A stretch of 23,130 nucleotides of DNA. It comes from an uncultured Erysipelotrichaceae bacterium. GTDB lineage: Bacteria > Bacillota_I > Bacilli_A > Erysipelotrichales > Erysipelotrichaceae. Position numbers and translations under genes: made by a program. Below are positions 7,031 through 16,231 of this stretch, in pieces (the first letter of the stretch is position 1; each line of letters opens with the position of its first letter). The notes beneath the pieces are model-generated. The model saw only the letters and a program-made list of their open reading frames with translations. It did not search any database and was not told the origin of the DNA. Location: contig CAYNZZ010000017.1 of NCBI GenBank assembly GCA_964401865.1, forward strand, positions 1-23,130. Direction: 5' to 3'.

Positions 7031-7860
7031 TCGGTGTTTTTAAAATGCAATTTTGCAACTTTATATAGGTTATTGAAACCATATTTTTCGACATATTTTT
7101 TAGCATCTTCATCTACTAGCGTTCCTGCTCCTTTATGAAACACCATATCATATGTTTTTTCTAATTTTTCCATTGATTTAATAAAAGCATATCTTGCAAT
7201 AATTGAAGCACAAGCAACAGAAATATATTTATCTTCGGCCTTTGTTTCAAAGATTAAATCGTGGAAGACCTCTTTTTCGTCTGCAAGATATCTAAAATAT
7301 GTATCTTTGGCAACGAATTGATCGACATAACAGGCTTTAGGCAGTTTATAACCTTTATGAATTAAGTTGATATATGCTTGATTGTGCATTTTAGTCTTTA
7401 TCTGCACCATATGATTTGACCTTTGAACATGGTTATATTTTTCGTTATCTAAGATAAGCAAAGAATATTTCAATTTAGACATTAGAATAGGAGCTAATTC
7501 TAGTATTTTAGTATCACTTAATTTTTTGGAATCGCATATTTGATATTGTTTTAAAAAGTCTAAATCTTCTTTTAAAACTATACAAGCACACACACATACA
7601 GGGCCAAAATAATCGCCAGTTCCTACTTCATCAGAACCGGCTTGGTCATTTTCTTTTTTAGGAATAAAACCAGAAGCGTAAACAAAAGCGTCTTTGCCTT
7701 GGAAAACAACTTTGTCATTAGTGTAAATACTAATAGTGCAATCTTCAACCTTGATTATTGTATCAATATATTCATTATTGTTGGAAACGATGTATTCTTT
7801 AAGATTTGTTTTTAATTTATTGAGATCATCTTTATTTAGTTTTAAGCTAATTGTGTTCAT
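7006..7860 (-). CDS. rnhC: ribonuclease HIII
   Basis: 284 aa. An N-terminal TBP-like domain is followed by an RNase HII-fold core with GSDEVGTGDYFGPVCVCA and ASIIARYAF. Position next to cvpA-mutS2 matches the Bacillus rnhC-zapA-yshB-polX-mutSB neighbourhood. Confidence 0.9.
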   Translation of the reverse strand: MNTISLKLNKDDLNKLKTNLKEYIVSNNNEYIDTIIKVEDCTISIYTNDKVVFQGKDAFVYASGFIPKKENDQAGSDEVGTGDYFGPVCVCACIVLKEDLDFLKQYQICDSKKLSDTKILELAPILMSKLKYSLLILDNEKYNHVQRSNHMVQIKTKMHNQAYINLIHKGYKLPKACYVDQFVAKDTYFRYLADEKEVFHDLIFETKAEDKYISVACASIIARYAFIKSMEKLEKTYDMVFHKGAGTLVDEDAKKYVEKYGFNNLYKVAKLHFKNTEKIKANGK

Positions 7861-7881
7861 AAAGACATCTTAACACAATTG

Positions 7882-7910
7882 TTGCGAAAAAGGGTTTATT
7901 CTTTTAAAAT
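7882..7910 (+). promoter_or_regulatory. Candidate sigma-A promoter for cvpA-mutS2-uvrC
   Basis: TTGCGA (7882-7887), 17-nt spacer, TAAAAT (7905-7910). Confidence 0.45.
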
Positions 7911-7932
7911 TATTAAGTGAGAGGTGAAATGT

Positions 7933-8574
7933 ATGATTATTCCTGAAAATGCTTATATTATAATCAATATTGCGATTGTAATATTGTATATATTATTTAT
8001 TGTTCAAGCATATAGAAAAGGTTTTTTATATGAGCTTTTGAGTTTTTTTGGTTTTGTAGCAACCTTTTTTGTTTCGTGGTTTTTATCGCCAATTTTATCT
8101 AAACATTTTCCAATTATCACTGTTTTACTTACTGAGGGAGTAACGGATGAACTTTTTAAAGCAATGGTTGTTCCACTTATAAATACTTTAATTTGGTTTG
8201 TAATTATTTTTATTATTGTAAGAATTATTATTTCTTTAATTCTTTCGATCTTTAAATCGATATCAAAGATACCATATTTAGGTTTTGTGAATAGAATTAT
8301 GGGAACGGTGTTTGGGGTTATCAATGCTACCATTTGGGTTATCGTGCTATCGATGATCTTATCATTACCATATTTTACTAATGGCAACGAAGTACGCGAC
8401 AATACACTCATAAAAAATGTTAGCAATTTAGCTGATCAGACCATTATTGTGATTTCTCATAAAATAGATTTTGAAGAAGTCAGTGAGAACTTTGGCGAAC
8501 AGATAGATGATGTTGACGAATTACGTGAACAGTTTACCGAATGGTTAAAAGAACAAGGAATTATTCATGAATAA
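7933..8574 (+). CDS. cvpA: CvpA-family membrane protein
   Basis: Multi-pass hydrophobic protein with an acidic C-terminal tail, in the yshB/cvpA position upstream of mutS2. SD GAGAGGTGA precedes the ATG at 7933. The tracked GTG at 7924 lies inside the SD. Confidence 0.75.
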   Translation: MIIPENAYIIINIAIVILYILFIVQAYRKGFLYELLSFFGFVATFFVSWFLSPILSKHFPIITVLLTEGVTDELFKAMVVPLINTLIWFVIIFIIVRIIISLILSIFKSISKIPYLGFVNRIMGTVFGVINATIWVIVLSMILSLPYFTNGNEVRDNTLIKNVSNLADQTIIVISHKIDFEEVSENFGEQIDDVDELREQFTEWLKEQGIIHE

Positions 8575-10831
8575 TTTAGAATATAGCGGTTTAGAATTAT
8601 CGTCACTGTTATCAATAGTGGCAGGGAACACTAACTTCGAGGCATCTAGGAAAGCTATTTTATCTTTGGAAGTTTCATATAATCCTTTGATTATCAAAAG
8701 AAATATTAATATGACTAAAGAAGCCATGCAGCTTTTAAATCATAATCAGTATGTTAATTTTTATGGAATTGAAGATGTTAGGGAACAACTTTTAAAAGCG
8801 AGTAAAGGCGTATGTTTAAGTACTTATGAATTACTTTTATGTCTAAATTTTCATAAGGCTTGTCATAGAATCAAAAAAGCATTTGAAAAGATCGAAGAAT
8901 TGGATTTATTGAAAGAATATTCTGATGCCATTGATTTAGATAATAATACATTTAATAAAATAGATGAAATTATTGACAGCAATGGCAACATTTTAAAAAC
9001 TGCTAGTTTGAAGTTAGAGTCTTTATACGAAAAAGAAGATATCATCAATCAGGAGCTTAATCAAAAAGCTAAAACATTTATTGATAATCACAATACTTCT
9101 TTACAGGAACAAAATATTTTTTATCGTGATGATCGTTTATCTTTTCTACTTAAAAATTCAGATAAATATAAGTATGATGGACTTTTACACGGACAATCTT
9201 CATCAGGACAAGCGTCATATGTAGAGCCTAAAGAATTCGTTGATTTAAACAATAGCAAGATAGACATTAATGATCAAAAAGATAAAGAAATTGAAAAAAT
9301 ATTGGTAAGTGCCTCTTTTTTGATTTCCAAATGTGCGAGCGCTTATATTCATAATTTTGAAACACTAATAATACTAGATGGTATATTTGCGAAAGCTAGA
9401 TATGGTTATGACAATGCTGGTGTATTAGCTGATATTTCCCACGATAAACATTTATTATTAGAAAATGTTGCTCATCCATTGATTGATGCTAAAAAAGTTG
9501 TTTCTAACACTTATGAATTATCAAATGATTATAAAGGAATATTAATTAGCGGTGCTAATACAGGCGGCAAAACAGTGTCTTTAAAAGTTATCGGTTTATC
9601 GATAATAATGTCGTACTTAGGTATACCACTTTTAGCTTCCAAAGCCATTGTTCCATTATACGATGGTATTTATATTGATATTGATGATAATCAGTCATTA
9701 GAAAGCTCTTTAAGCACATTTTCATCACAACTTGTAAAACTTGATGAGATATTGAATTTGATAAGCAAGAATTCGCTAGTATTGGTTGATGAATTGGGAA
9801 ATGGAACCGATCCAAAACAGGCTCAGGCGCTATCGATTGCTATTGTAGACAAATTCTTACAAAAAGGTGCCGATTTTGTTCTTACAACTCATTTTGACGA
9901 ATTAAAAAATTATGCTTTAAATAATTCCGATATCTTGGTTTCATCAGTTAGTTTCAATGAAGAAAAACTAATGCCAACCTATCACTACATCGAAAATTCA
10001 GTTGGTTCATCTAATGCTTTGAGAATTGCATCCTTTTATTTGAATGATAAAAGCATAGTTGATTTTGCATATAATTATTTAAATAGTAATATATCAAAAG
10101 AAGAAGAGATGTTAAAACAACTAGAAGAAAAAATCAATGAAAATGAACAATTACAAAAAGATTTAGAACTTCAATTAAACGAAAACGAAAAAATAAAAAA
10201 AGATTATGAGAACATGATTAAGAGTTTTAAGGCTGAAAAGGAAGAACTATTAAATCGATATAAAGAAGAACTTAATGAGCAAATTGAAATCAAGATTGCT
10301 GAAATTAATAAGTTAGCTTCATCAAATCTTCATAATAAAAAAGAAATTGTAGATAAAATTAAGGAACATAGACAAGAAATAATATATCAAGATGAAGCTC
10401 AAGAATTGTCTGTTGGCGATAATGTAAGAATAAATGATTCTGAGCAAATAGGTCAGATTGTAGAAATAAGTGGCAATAATGCGGTAATCAATCTAAGAGG
10501 AATGAAAATCAGAGCTAAGTTAAAAGATCTTAAAAAGATGCCGAAGACCAATATCACAAAGACGCATAAGAACAAAGAACGAAAGGCTCGTGTCAATAAA
10601 GAATTAGTTCTTATTGGTATGCGAGTCGAAGAAGCTTTACCTTTGCTGGAAAAGTATCTAGATGATGCTTATGCTGCTAAAATGCCTAATGTGAGAATTA
10701 TACACGGCATAGGGACAGGGACTTTAAGAAAGGCGGTTCATGAAAGACTTAAAAAGACATCTTTTGTAAAGAATTATCATCTTGCCGATTACTATGATGG
10801 AGGTTCAGCTATAACAATAGTTGAATTATAG
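8567..10831 (+). CDS. mutS2: endonuclease MutS2 (MutS domain V ATPase, coiled coil, C-terminal Smr domain)
   Basis: 754 aa. Walker A GANTGGKT, DELGNGTDP, a K/E-rich coiled coil, and Smr (LIGMRVEEALPLLEKYLDDA...IIHGIGTGTLRKAV). Overlaps cvpA by 8 nt. Confidence 0.93.
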   Translation: MNNLEYSGLELSSLLSIVAGNTNFEASRKAILSLEVSYNPLIIKRNINMTKEAMQLLNHNQYVNFYGIEDVREQLLKASKGVCLSTYELLLCLNFHKACHRIKKAFEKIEELDLLKEYSDAIDLDNNTFNKIDEIIDSNGNILKTASLKLESLYEKEDIINQELNQKAKTFIDNHNTSLQEQNIFYRDDRLSFLLKNSDKYKYDGLLHGQSSSGQASYVEPKEFVDLNNSKIDINDQKDKEIEKILVSASFLISKCASAYIHNFETLIILDGIFAKARYGYDNAGVLADISHDKHLLLENVAHPLIDAKKVVSNTYELSNDYKGILISGANTGGKTVSLKVIGLSIIMSYLGIPLLASKAIVPLYDGIYIDIDDNQSLESSLSTFSSQLVKLDEILNLISKNSLVLVDELGNGTDPKQAQALSIAIVDKFLQKGADFVLTTHFDELKNYALNNSDILVSSVSFNEEKLMPTYHYIENSVGSSNALRIASFYLNDKSIVDFAYNYLNSNISKEEEMLKQLEEKINENEQLQKDLELQLNENEKIKKDYENMIKSFKAEKEELLNRYKEELNEQIEIKIAEINKLASSNLHNKKEIVDKIKEHRQEIIYQDEAQELSVGDNVRINDSEQIGQIVEISGNNAVINLRGMKIRAKLKDLKKMPKTNITKTHKNKERKARVNKELVLIGMRVEEALPLLEKYLDDAYAAKMPNVRIIHGIGTGTLRKAVHERLKKTSFVKNYHLADYYDGGSAITIVEL

Positions 10832-10832
10832 T

Positions 10833-12584
10833 ATGAAATTAAGAGATAAATTATCTACACTTCCTAAAAGACCAGGATGCTACTTAATGAAAAACAAGGA
10901 CGGTATCATTATTTATGTTGGTAAGGCGATAAATCTTAAAAACAGAGTTAATTCATATTTTAAGGGTGCTCACGATTATAAGACAACTAAATTAGTTTCT
11001 AATATTGTGGATTTTGATTACATAGTTACTAAAAGTGAAAAAGAAGCCTTGATTTTAGAATATAACTTAATAAAGGAACATGATCCTGAATTCAATATTG
11101 TCTTTAAAGATGATAAGTCATATCCGTACATATTAGTGAGCGATGGTGAAATACCTTATTGTTCAGTTGTTCGTTTAAAAAAGAATAGCAAATATCAAGG
11201 TTATCTTTTTGGTCCTTATCCAGATGTATTAGCAGCAAGAAATACTGTTAATCTAATTAATAAGTTATTTAAGACCAGAAAATGTGAAAAACTTCAAAAG
11301 GATTTGTGTCTTTATTATCACATTGGTCAATGTTTAGGATATTGTAAATATGATGTTGATAAAAATGAGACATCAAAAATTAAAAATAAGATTATTTCTT
11401 TGTTGAATGGCGATACTAGGGATATTAAAAAAGATTTGCATGAAAAAATGATTTCTGCTAGAGATGAATTAAAATTTGAAAAAGCAATTGAATATCGTGA
11501 TTTGATAAACGATCTTGAACACATTGTATTAAAACAGGATGTGCAATTATCAAATAAAGAGTCATTTGATATTTTTGCATACGATATGAAAGATGGATAT
11601 ATTTCAATCGTAGCTTTATTTATCAGGAATGGTCGCATATTAAATTCACATAGCTATTTAGATTATTTAATTGGCGATGCAGAAAGTACTGTTTCGTCAT
11701 ATATTTATCAGTTTTACAGCATTAACTATCATCCTAAAAAGCTATATGTCAGCGCTGATATCTTGCCGTATTTAAAAGATGCCTTTGATTTTGAAGTTTT
11801 GACAGTCACTAGAGGTCATAAAAAAGCGATGTTGAAACAGGCTTCTTTAAATGCCTTGACCTACCTCGAACAAAATAAATCGATAATAGAAAAAAGTGAA
11901 AGCTATTATGATGAAGTTAGCAAAGAATTAAAAAGGATTTTTAGCAAAGAAATCAAACGCATTGAATTGTTCGATAACTCACATACAGCAGGTAAAAATA
12001 CTGTCTCCGCAATGGTTGTTTATGAAGATTTAAAACCATCTAAAAAAGATTATCGTTTATATAAACTTGATGACGGAGCAGACGATATTAAGTCAATGCA
12101 AGAAGTTTTATATCGAAGATATTTTAGGTTGATTAAAGAGAATCTAAAAAAACCTGATTTACTTATTGTTGATGGAGCTAGAACACAAATAAAAATAGCT
12201 AAAGAAATTTTGTCTAGTTTAGATTTAGAAATAGATATTGCAGGTTTAGGTAAAGATGATCATCATAACACATCTTATTTGATGGATAGTAATTATTCTA
12301 AAATTGAAATAAAAAAAGACTCGAATTTATTTTTCTTTTTAACGAATATGCAAGATGAAGTTCATCGCTTTGCGATAACTTATCATCGAAAACTTAGAGC
12401 CAAGTCGATGACAAAGTCAGTGCTTGATGATGTCGAGGGATTGGGTAATAAGCGAAAAGTATTGCTAAGAAGAAAATATTCTAGTATTCTAGCTATGAGA
12501 AAAGCTAGTTTGAACGAATTGGAAACAATTTTGCCTAAGAATGTTGCATCAAATCTATATGAAAAGTTACACAAGGAGGATTAG
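10833..12584 (+). CDS. uvrC: excinuclease ABC subunit C
   Basis: MKLRDKLSTLPKRPGCYLMKNKDGIIIYVGKAINLKNRVNSYF is a GIY-YIG domain. It is followed by a UVR domain (FEKAIEYRDLINDLE), an endonuclease V-like domain and a C-terminal HhH. The ATG at 10833 lies just after the mutS2 TAG. The tracked TTG at 10821 is less likely. Confidence 0.95.
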   Translation: MKLRDKLSTLPKRPGCYLMKNKDGIIIYVGKAINLKNRVNSYFKGAHDYKTTKLVSNIVDFDYIVTKSEKEALILEYNLIKEHDPEFNIVFKDDKSYPYILVSDGEIPYCSVVRLKKNSKYQGYLFGPYPDVLAARNTVNLINKLFKTRKCEKLQKDLCLYYHIGQCLGYCKYDVDKNETSKIKNKIISLLNGDTRDIKKDLHEKMISARDELKFEKAIEYRDLINDLEHIVLKQDVQLSNKESFDIFAYDMKDGYISIVALFIRNGRILNSHSYLDYLIGDAESTVSSYIYQFYSINYHPKKLYVSADILPYLKDAFDFEVLTVTRGHKKAMLKQASLNALTYLEQNKSIIEKSESYYDEVSKELKRIFSKEIKRIELFDNSHTAGKNTVSAMVVYEDLKPSKKDYRLYKLDDGADDIKSMQEVLYRRYFRLIKENLKKPDLLIVDGARTQIKIAKEILSSLDLEIDIAGLGKDDHHNTSYLMDSNYSKIEIKKDSNLFFFLTNMQDEVHRFAITYHRKLRAKSMTKSVLDDVEGLGNKRKVLLRRKYSSILAMRKASLNELETILPKNVASNLYEKLHKED

Positions 12585-12746
12585 ATGTTAGAAAATTTTA
12601 ATGATTATATGTCTTTAATTGCTTTAGTTCTTATGACTTTGATTTCTTTGCGTGTTCTTTTTGGTTTTCTGTTCGACCATAGCGACAGCAATTCGGCTAT
12701 ACGTATCAAAGCTTTAATGAACTACAGTGATAATGAAGATGAATAG
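12585..12746 (+). CDS. 53-aa single-TM membrane peptide (below the ORF-track cutoff)
   Basis: Own translation: MLENFNDYMSLIALVLMTLISLRVLFGFLFDHSDSNSAIRIKALMNYSDNEDE. The ATG directly follows the uvrC TAG. Strong SD AAGGAGGA at 12573-12580. One hydrophobic helix and an acidic tail. Confidence 0.5.
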   Translation: MLENFNDYMSLIALVLMTLISLRVLFGFLFDHSDSNSAIRIKALMNYSDNEDE

Positions 12747-12777
12747 GATTTTTAATTATTTCATTTAATAATGAAAT

Positions 12778-13203
12778 ATGGAAGAAATGTTATATTTATC
12801 AAATGATTATTTTTTAAATGAAAAAGGGGGAAAGGTTGTTTGTAATATCACGCCCCTTTATTTTGTTAGGGAGCAAGCATTACAGTTTGGTTCGTCGATT
12901 GACGGAAGAATTAAAGCGATGACTTTTTATACAGGATATAAAAGTGTTTTGCCATTAGTTATTTCTGACAAGTATCACATCTATTATTTATGTACCAGAT
13001 CTTATAAGGCTAAAGATGCAAAGTTTATCAATTATGATAAATTGCTATATTATGCAAAAATAGATGATAGCACTACAAGATTGTCGTTTATGAATGGAAT
13101 TCAGATCGATATTGATGTTAACTATCGAATTATTAAAAGGCAGTTAAAGATAATAAGAATTTATCTACAAAATTATCATCAAACAACTAAATTTAGATTA
13201 TAA
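12778..13203 (+). CDS. comK: ComK-family protein (short, 141 aa)
   Basis: PLYFVREQALQFGSSIDGRIKA...LPLVIS...IYYLCTRS...TTRLSFMNGIQIDIDVNYRIIKRQL parallels B. subtilis ComK (PLQIVDRSCRFFGSSYAGRKA...PPIMVD...FLFPTLS...TEVTFSNGKTMELPISYNSFENQ). The N-terminal ~45 and C-terminal ~20 residues of canonical ComK are absent. Confidence 0.65.
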   Translation: MEEMLYLSNDYFLNEKGGKVVCNITPLYFVREQALQFGSSIDGRIKAMTFYTGYKSVLPLVISDKYHIYYLCTRSYKAKDAKFINYDKLLYYAKIDDSTTRLSFMNGIQIDIDVNYRIIKRQLKIIRIYLQNYHQTTKFRL

Positions 13204-13214
13204 TAAATGCGGTT

Positions 13215-14360
13215 ATGGAAAAACAAGATTTGATTTTTTTAGTACTTATTATCGTGATTGTTATATTGATAATGATACTTTTTTATATGCTGATTAGCAA
13301 TTTCAAAACAAGAAAAGCCAGTGAAGATTTTAAACGTTTTTTGAAAGATGAGTTAAACATTCATTCAAATAACATACATCAGAGTTCGCTTATTACTAAT
13401 CAATCTATTGGCGATATTAAAAACTCTTTGAATAAAGATATATTGTCTTTTAATAATTATTTGCAAGAAGAATTTAGACAACTAGAAAATCGAACGATAA
13501 ACAGATTAAATAATTTTGAAAATAATCTAAATATTAATCTTAATGAATCATATAAGAATCAAAACGAAACTTTTAATAAGATAAATGAGAAAATGGTCGG
13601 TATTACCGAGACGCAAAAGAATTTAGATTCAATATCGCATGATATCTTAACATTGCAATCACTACTTCAAGATAAAAAGAGTAGGGGAATATTTGGTGAG
13701 ATTGAATTGTATTCTTTACTTGAAAAAGCGTATGGTTTAGATGATAGGTTTTGGAAAAGACAGTATAAATTGTCCAATGGCAATATTGCTGATGCGGTTA
13801 TTATGGGAAATGACAACTTAGGATTGTTGGTAATCGATTCCAAGTTTCCGCTTGACAATTATCGTAAAATGTTTGATAAATCCATTGATAAAGTAGACAG
13901 AGAGTATGCCAGTAAAGCATTTAAAAAGGATGTCATCAAACATATCGATGACATAGCATATAAGTATTTAAATGCTGAAGGTGTCGCTACAGTTGCTTAT
14001 ATGTTTATTCCTGCTGAAGCAATTTATGCAGAGATTAATTCCAATTATCCTGAACTGCTTGATTATTCATTTGGCAAGCATGTATATATGGTTTCTCCAT
14101 CTACTTTGATGGCCTATATCACAACAATTAAGAGTATTCATCTCAATCAAAGAAAAGAACACTATGCTAGAGAAATGATTAATGCTCTTAAAAATCTAAG
14201 CCAGGAATTTCGACGTTTTGAGGAAAGAGAAGGAAAGCTATATCAAGATTTTCAAAAGTTAATTAATGATTTTGAAACTTTAAAAATTACTAGCAATAAA
14301 ATAGTTAAAAGCTTTAATATGATAAATAATGCTACATTTAATGAGAATGAGAGAGGTTAA
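13215..14360 (+). CDS. rmuC: DNA recombination protein RmuC
   Basis: 381 aa with an N-terminal TM helix, a coiled coil, then the RmuC nuclease-like core (RGIFGEIELYSLLEKAYG...ADAVIMG...LLVIDSKFPLDNY...MFIPAEAIY). Confidence 0.9.
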   Translation: MEKQDLIFLVLIIVIVILIMILFYMLISNFKTRKASEDFKRFLKDELNIHSNNIHQSSLITNQSIGDIKNSLNKDILSFNNYLQEEFRQLENRTINRLNNFENNLNINLNESYKNQNETFNKINEKMVGITETQKNLDSISHDILTLQSLLQDKKSRGIFGEIELYSLLEKAYGLDDRFWKRQYKLSNGNIADAVIMGNDNLGLLVIDSKFPLDNYRKMFDKSIDKVDREYASKAFKKDVIKHIDDIAYKYLNAEGVATVAYMFIPAEAIYAEINSNYPELLDYSFGKHVYMVSPSTLMAYITTIKSIHLNQRKEHYAREMINALKNLSQEFRRFEEREGKLYQDFQKLINDFETLKITSNKIVKSFNMINNATFNENERG

Positions 14361-14407
14361 AACGATGGACAAGAGTAAAAATTCTTTGAAAAAAGATATA
14401 TATATAT

Positions 14408-15238
14408 ATGCTTTTTTGGGTAACGTTGTCAGCAACAATTCAAGCAATATCTTTAACTAGTTTTTCAATGCCACAGAAATTATATCCCTCTGGTTTTTCA
14501 GGTATAAGTAGAATTATTTGCGACCTATCTTTGGACTTTTTGAACATCAATCTTCCGTTCGGTGTCGTTTATGTATTATTAAATATCGTTCCGACTATTG
14601 TGGTCTTTAATTCGATTGGAAAACGTTTTACAATTTTCTCTATTGTTCAGTATTTATTAGTTTCAATTTTTTCGGGAATTTTTCCGCCAATAATTAATGT
14701 CAGTGACAAAATATTGTTATCGGTATTTGGTGGTATTATCAATGGTATTGGTGTTGGAATAGCGCTATCTCATAATACCAGCAGCGGTGGCGTTGATTTT
14801 GTGGCTATATATGTATCAAATAAATTTCACCGTTCTATTTGGAATTATGTAATGTATGGCAATATATTTATTCTAACTATTGCTGGTTTGATTTATGGTT
14901 GGGAAAAAGCGCTTTATTCTATTATTTTACAGTTCTGCTCAACACAAATGGTTCAGAAAATGCATAAACGATACACTATGAAAACTATGACTATTATTAC
15001 TAGTAAAGCTGATGAAGTCGTAACCAATGTATTAAAAAATACTCGCCACGGAATTACTGAAATTAAAGCCGAGGGAGCATTTTTACATCAAGATAAAACA
15101 ATGTTATATACAGTTGTAAATTCATTCCAAACCAAAGATGTAATTCACTCTGTTTTGGAAGTGGATAGTAAAGCCTTTATCAATATCCAAGATACTGAAA
15201 GGGTCATAGGTAATTACTATCAAAAGCCGCTTGATTAG
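14408..15238 (+). CDS. YitT-family membrane protein (DUF2179 C-terminal domain); 5' end apparently frameshifted
   Basis: Multi-TM body with GFSGISRI and GGVDFVAIY, and a C-terminal DUF2179-like domain (ITEIKAEGAF...MLYTVVN). The family-like N-terminus MDKSKNSLKKDIYIYAFLG is in another frame from ATG 14365, which has a good SD (GAGAGG). The ATG at 14408 has no SD. Confidence 0.75.
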   Translation: MLFWVTLSATIQAISLTSFSMPQKLYPSGFSGISRIICDLSLDFLNINLPFGVVYVLLNIVPTIVVFNSIGKRFTIFSIVQYLLVSIFSGIFPPIINVSDKILLSVFGGIINGIGVGIALSHNTSSGGVDFVAIYVSNKFHRSIWNYVMYGNIFILTIAGLIYGWEKALYSIILQFCSTQMVQKMHKRYTMKTMTIITSKADEVVTNVLKNTRHGITEIKAEGAFLHQDKTMLYTVVNSFQTKDVIHSVLEVDSKAFINIQDTERVIGNYYQKPLD

Positions 15239-16221
15239 CGAATTTCTAAACCGATTTTCTTTCTAACTTTCATAATTTTCTTATTAGCAATTTTAGATGC
15301 TTTTTCAGCACCGTCTTTTAATATCTCTTCAATCATATTGGAATTAATGATTTCTTGATATCGACTTTGAATTTTGCTAAGTTCATCGACAACTACATCA
15401 GCGACATATTTCTTTAACTCTCCGTATCCTTTTCCTTTAAATTTAGCGACGATGTCTTCCATTGGAATATTTTCTAAAGCTGCGGCTATTTCAATTAAAT
15501 TGTAAAGACCTGGCTGATTAACTTTATCAAGTTTTATTTCGCCTAATGAATCGGTTACGGCTGACATTATTTTTTTTCTAGCTACATTTAAATCATCTAA
15601 TAAGTAAATGCATCCTTTATCGCTGTGCTCGGACTTTGACATCTTTTTACTAGGATCGCTTAATGACATAATACGAGCTCCAACTTTTTCTGCTAGAGGC
15701 TCTGGAATTTTAAAAGTATCGCCATACTTATGATTAAATCTAATTGCGATATCTCTAGTGAGTTCAACATGTTGTTTTTGATCGTCGCCAACTGGTACAA
15801 AATCTGGGTCATATAGCAATATATCGGCTGCCATTAAACATGGATAAGTGAATAAACCAGAAGTAAGATTTGTTTCGCCCTTAGCTACTTTATCTTTGAA
15901 TTGAGTCATACGATTTAGTTCACCTAAATATGTATTACATTGTAAGATGTAGCCTAGTTCTGCATGGGCAGGAACATCATTCTGTAAAAAGATGGTCGAT
16001 TTATTGGGATCTAGTCCACATGCTAAGTATAGTGCGACAGCATCTTTAAGATTTTTTCTTAAATCTTTTGGTTCTTGGTAAACGGTTATGCAGTGTAGAT
16101 TTGCGATGAAAACTATCATCTCATAGTCTTCTTGATATTTTACAAAATTTCTAAGTGCGCCAATATAATTTCCAAGTGTTAATTGGCCGGTCGGTTTGAT
16201 TCCTGATAACATTCTCTGCAT
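15235..16221 (-). CDS. trpS: tryptophan--tRNA ligase
   Basis: 328 aa, class I. SGIKPTGQLTLGNYIG (HIGH region), KMSKS, and DQKQHVELTRDIA. SD GGAGGAAAA precedes the start. Confidence 0.95.
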   Translation of the reverse strand: MQRMLSGIKPTGQLTLGNYIGALRNFVKYQEDYEMIVFIANLHCITVYQEPKDLRKNLKDAVALYLACGLDPNKSTIFLQNDVPAHAELGYILQCNTYLGELNRMTQFKDKVAKGETNLTSGLFTYPCLMAADILLYDPDFVPVGDDQKQHVELTRDIAIRFNHKYGDTFKIPEPLAEKVGARIMSLSDPSKKMSKSEHSDKGCIYLLDDLNVARKKIMSAVTDSLGEIKLDKVNQPGLYNLIEIAAALENIPMEDIVAKFKGKGYGELKKYVADVVVDELSKIQSRYQEIINSNMIEEILKDGAEKASKIANKKIMKVRKKIGLEIR

Positions 16222-16231
16222 GATTTTCCTC

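Noticed and set aside
8004-8426. 140-aa antisense ORF within cvpA. Similar antisense or alternate-frame ORFs occur at 3663-3932, 4142-4345, 6194-6566, 8545-9048, 9588-9815, 11327-11638, 12383-12574, 13667-13858, 18332-18514, 19088-19312, 20730-21102, 21512-21745 and 22198-22398
   Set aside because: All lie inside genes with strong family signatures on the other strand or frame. They lack SDs and have low-complexity, AT-biased composition, as expected for stop-poor shadow frames.
10100-10330. K/E/N-rich low-complexity repeat-like coding stretch
   Set aside because: This is the normal coiled-coil linker of MutS2, between the ATPase and Smr domains, not a DNA-level repeat array.
14381-14410. 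UGA-as-Trp reading to extend the yitT-like frame upstream (TGA at 14387-14389)
   Set aside because: The upstream extension in that frame has no start codon and runs out of frame through the end of rmuC. No other gene needs TGA read as a sense codon, and a 1-nt frameshift explains the data better.
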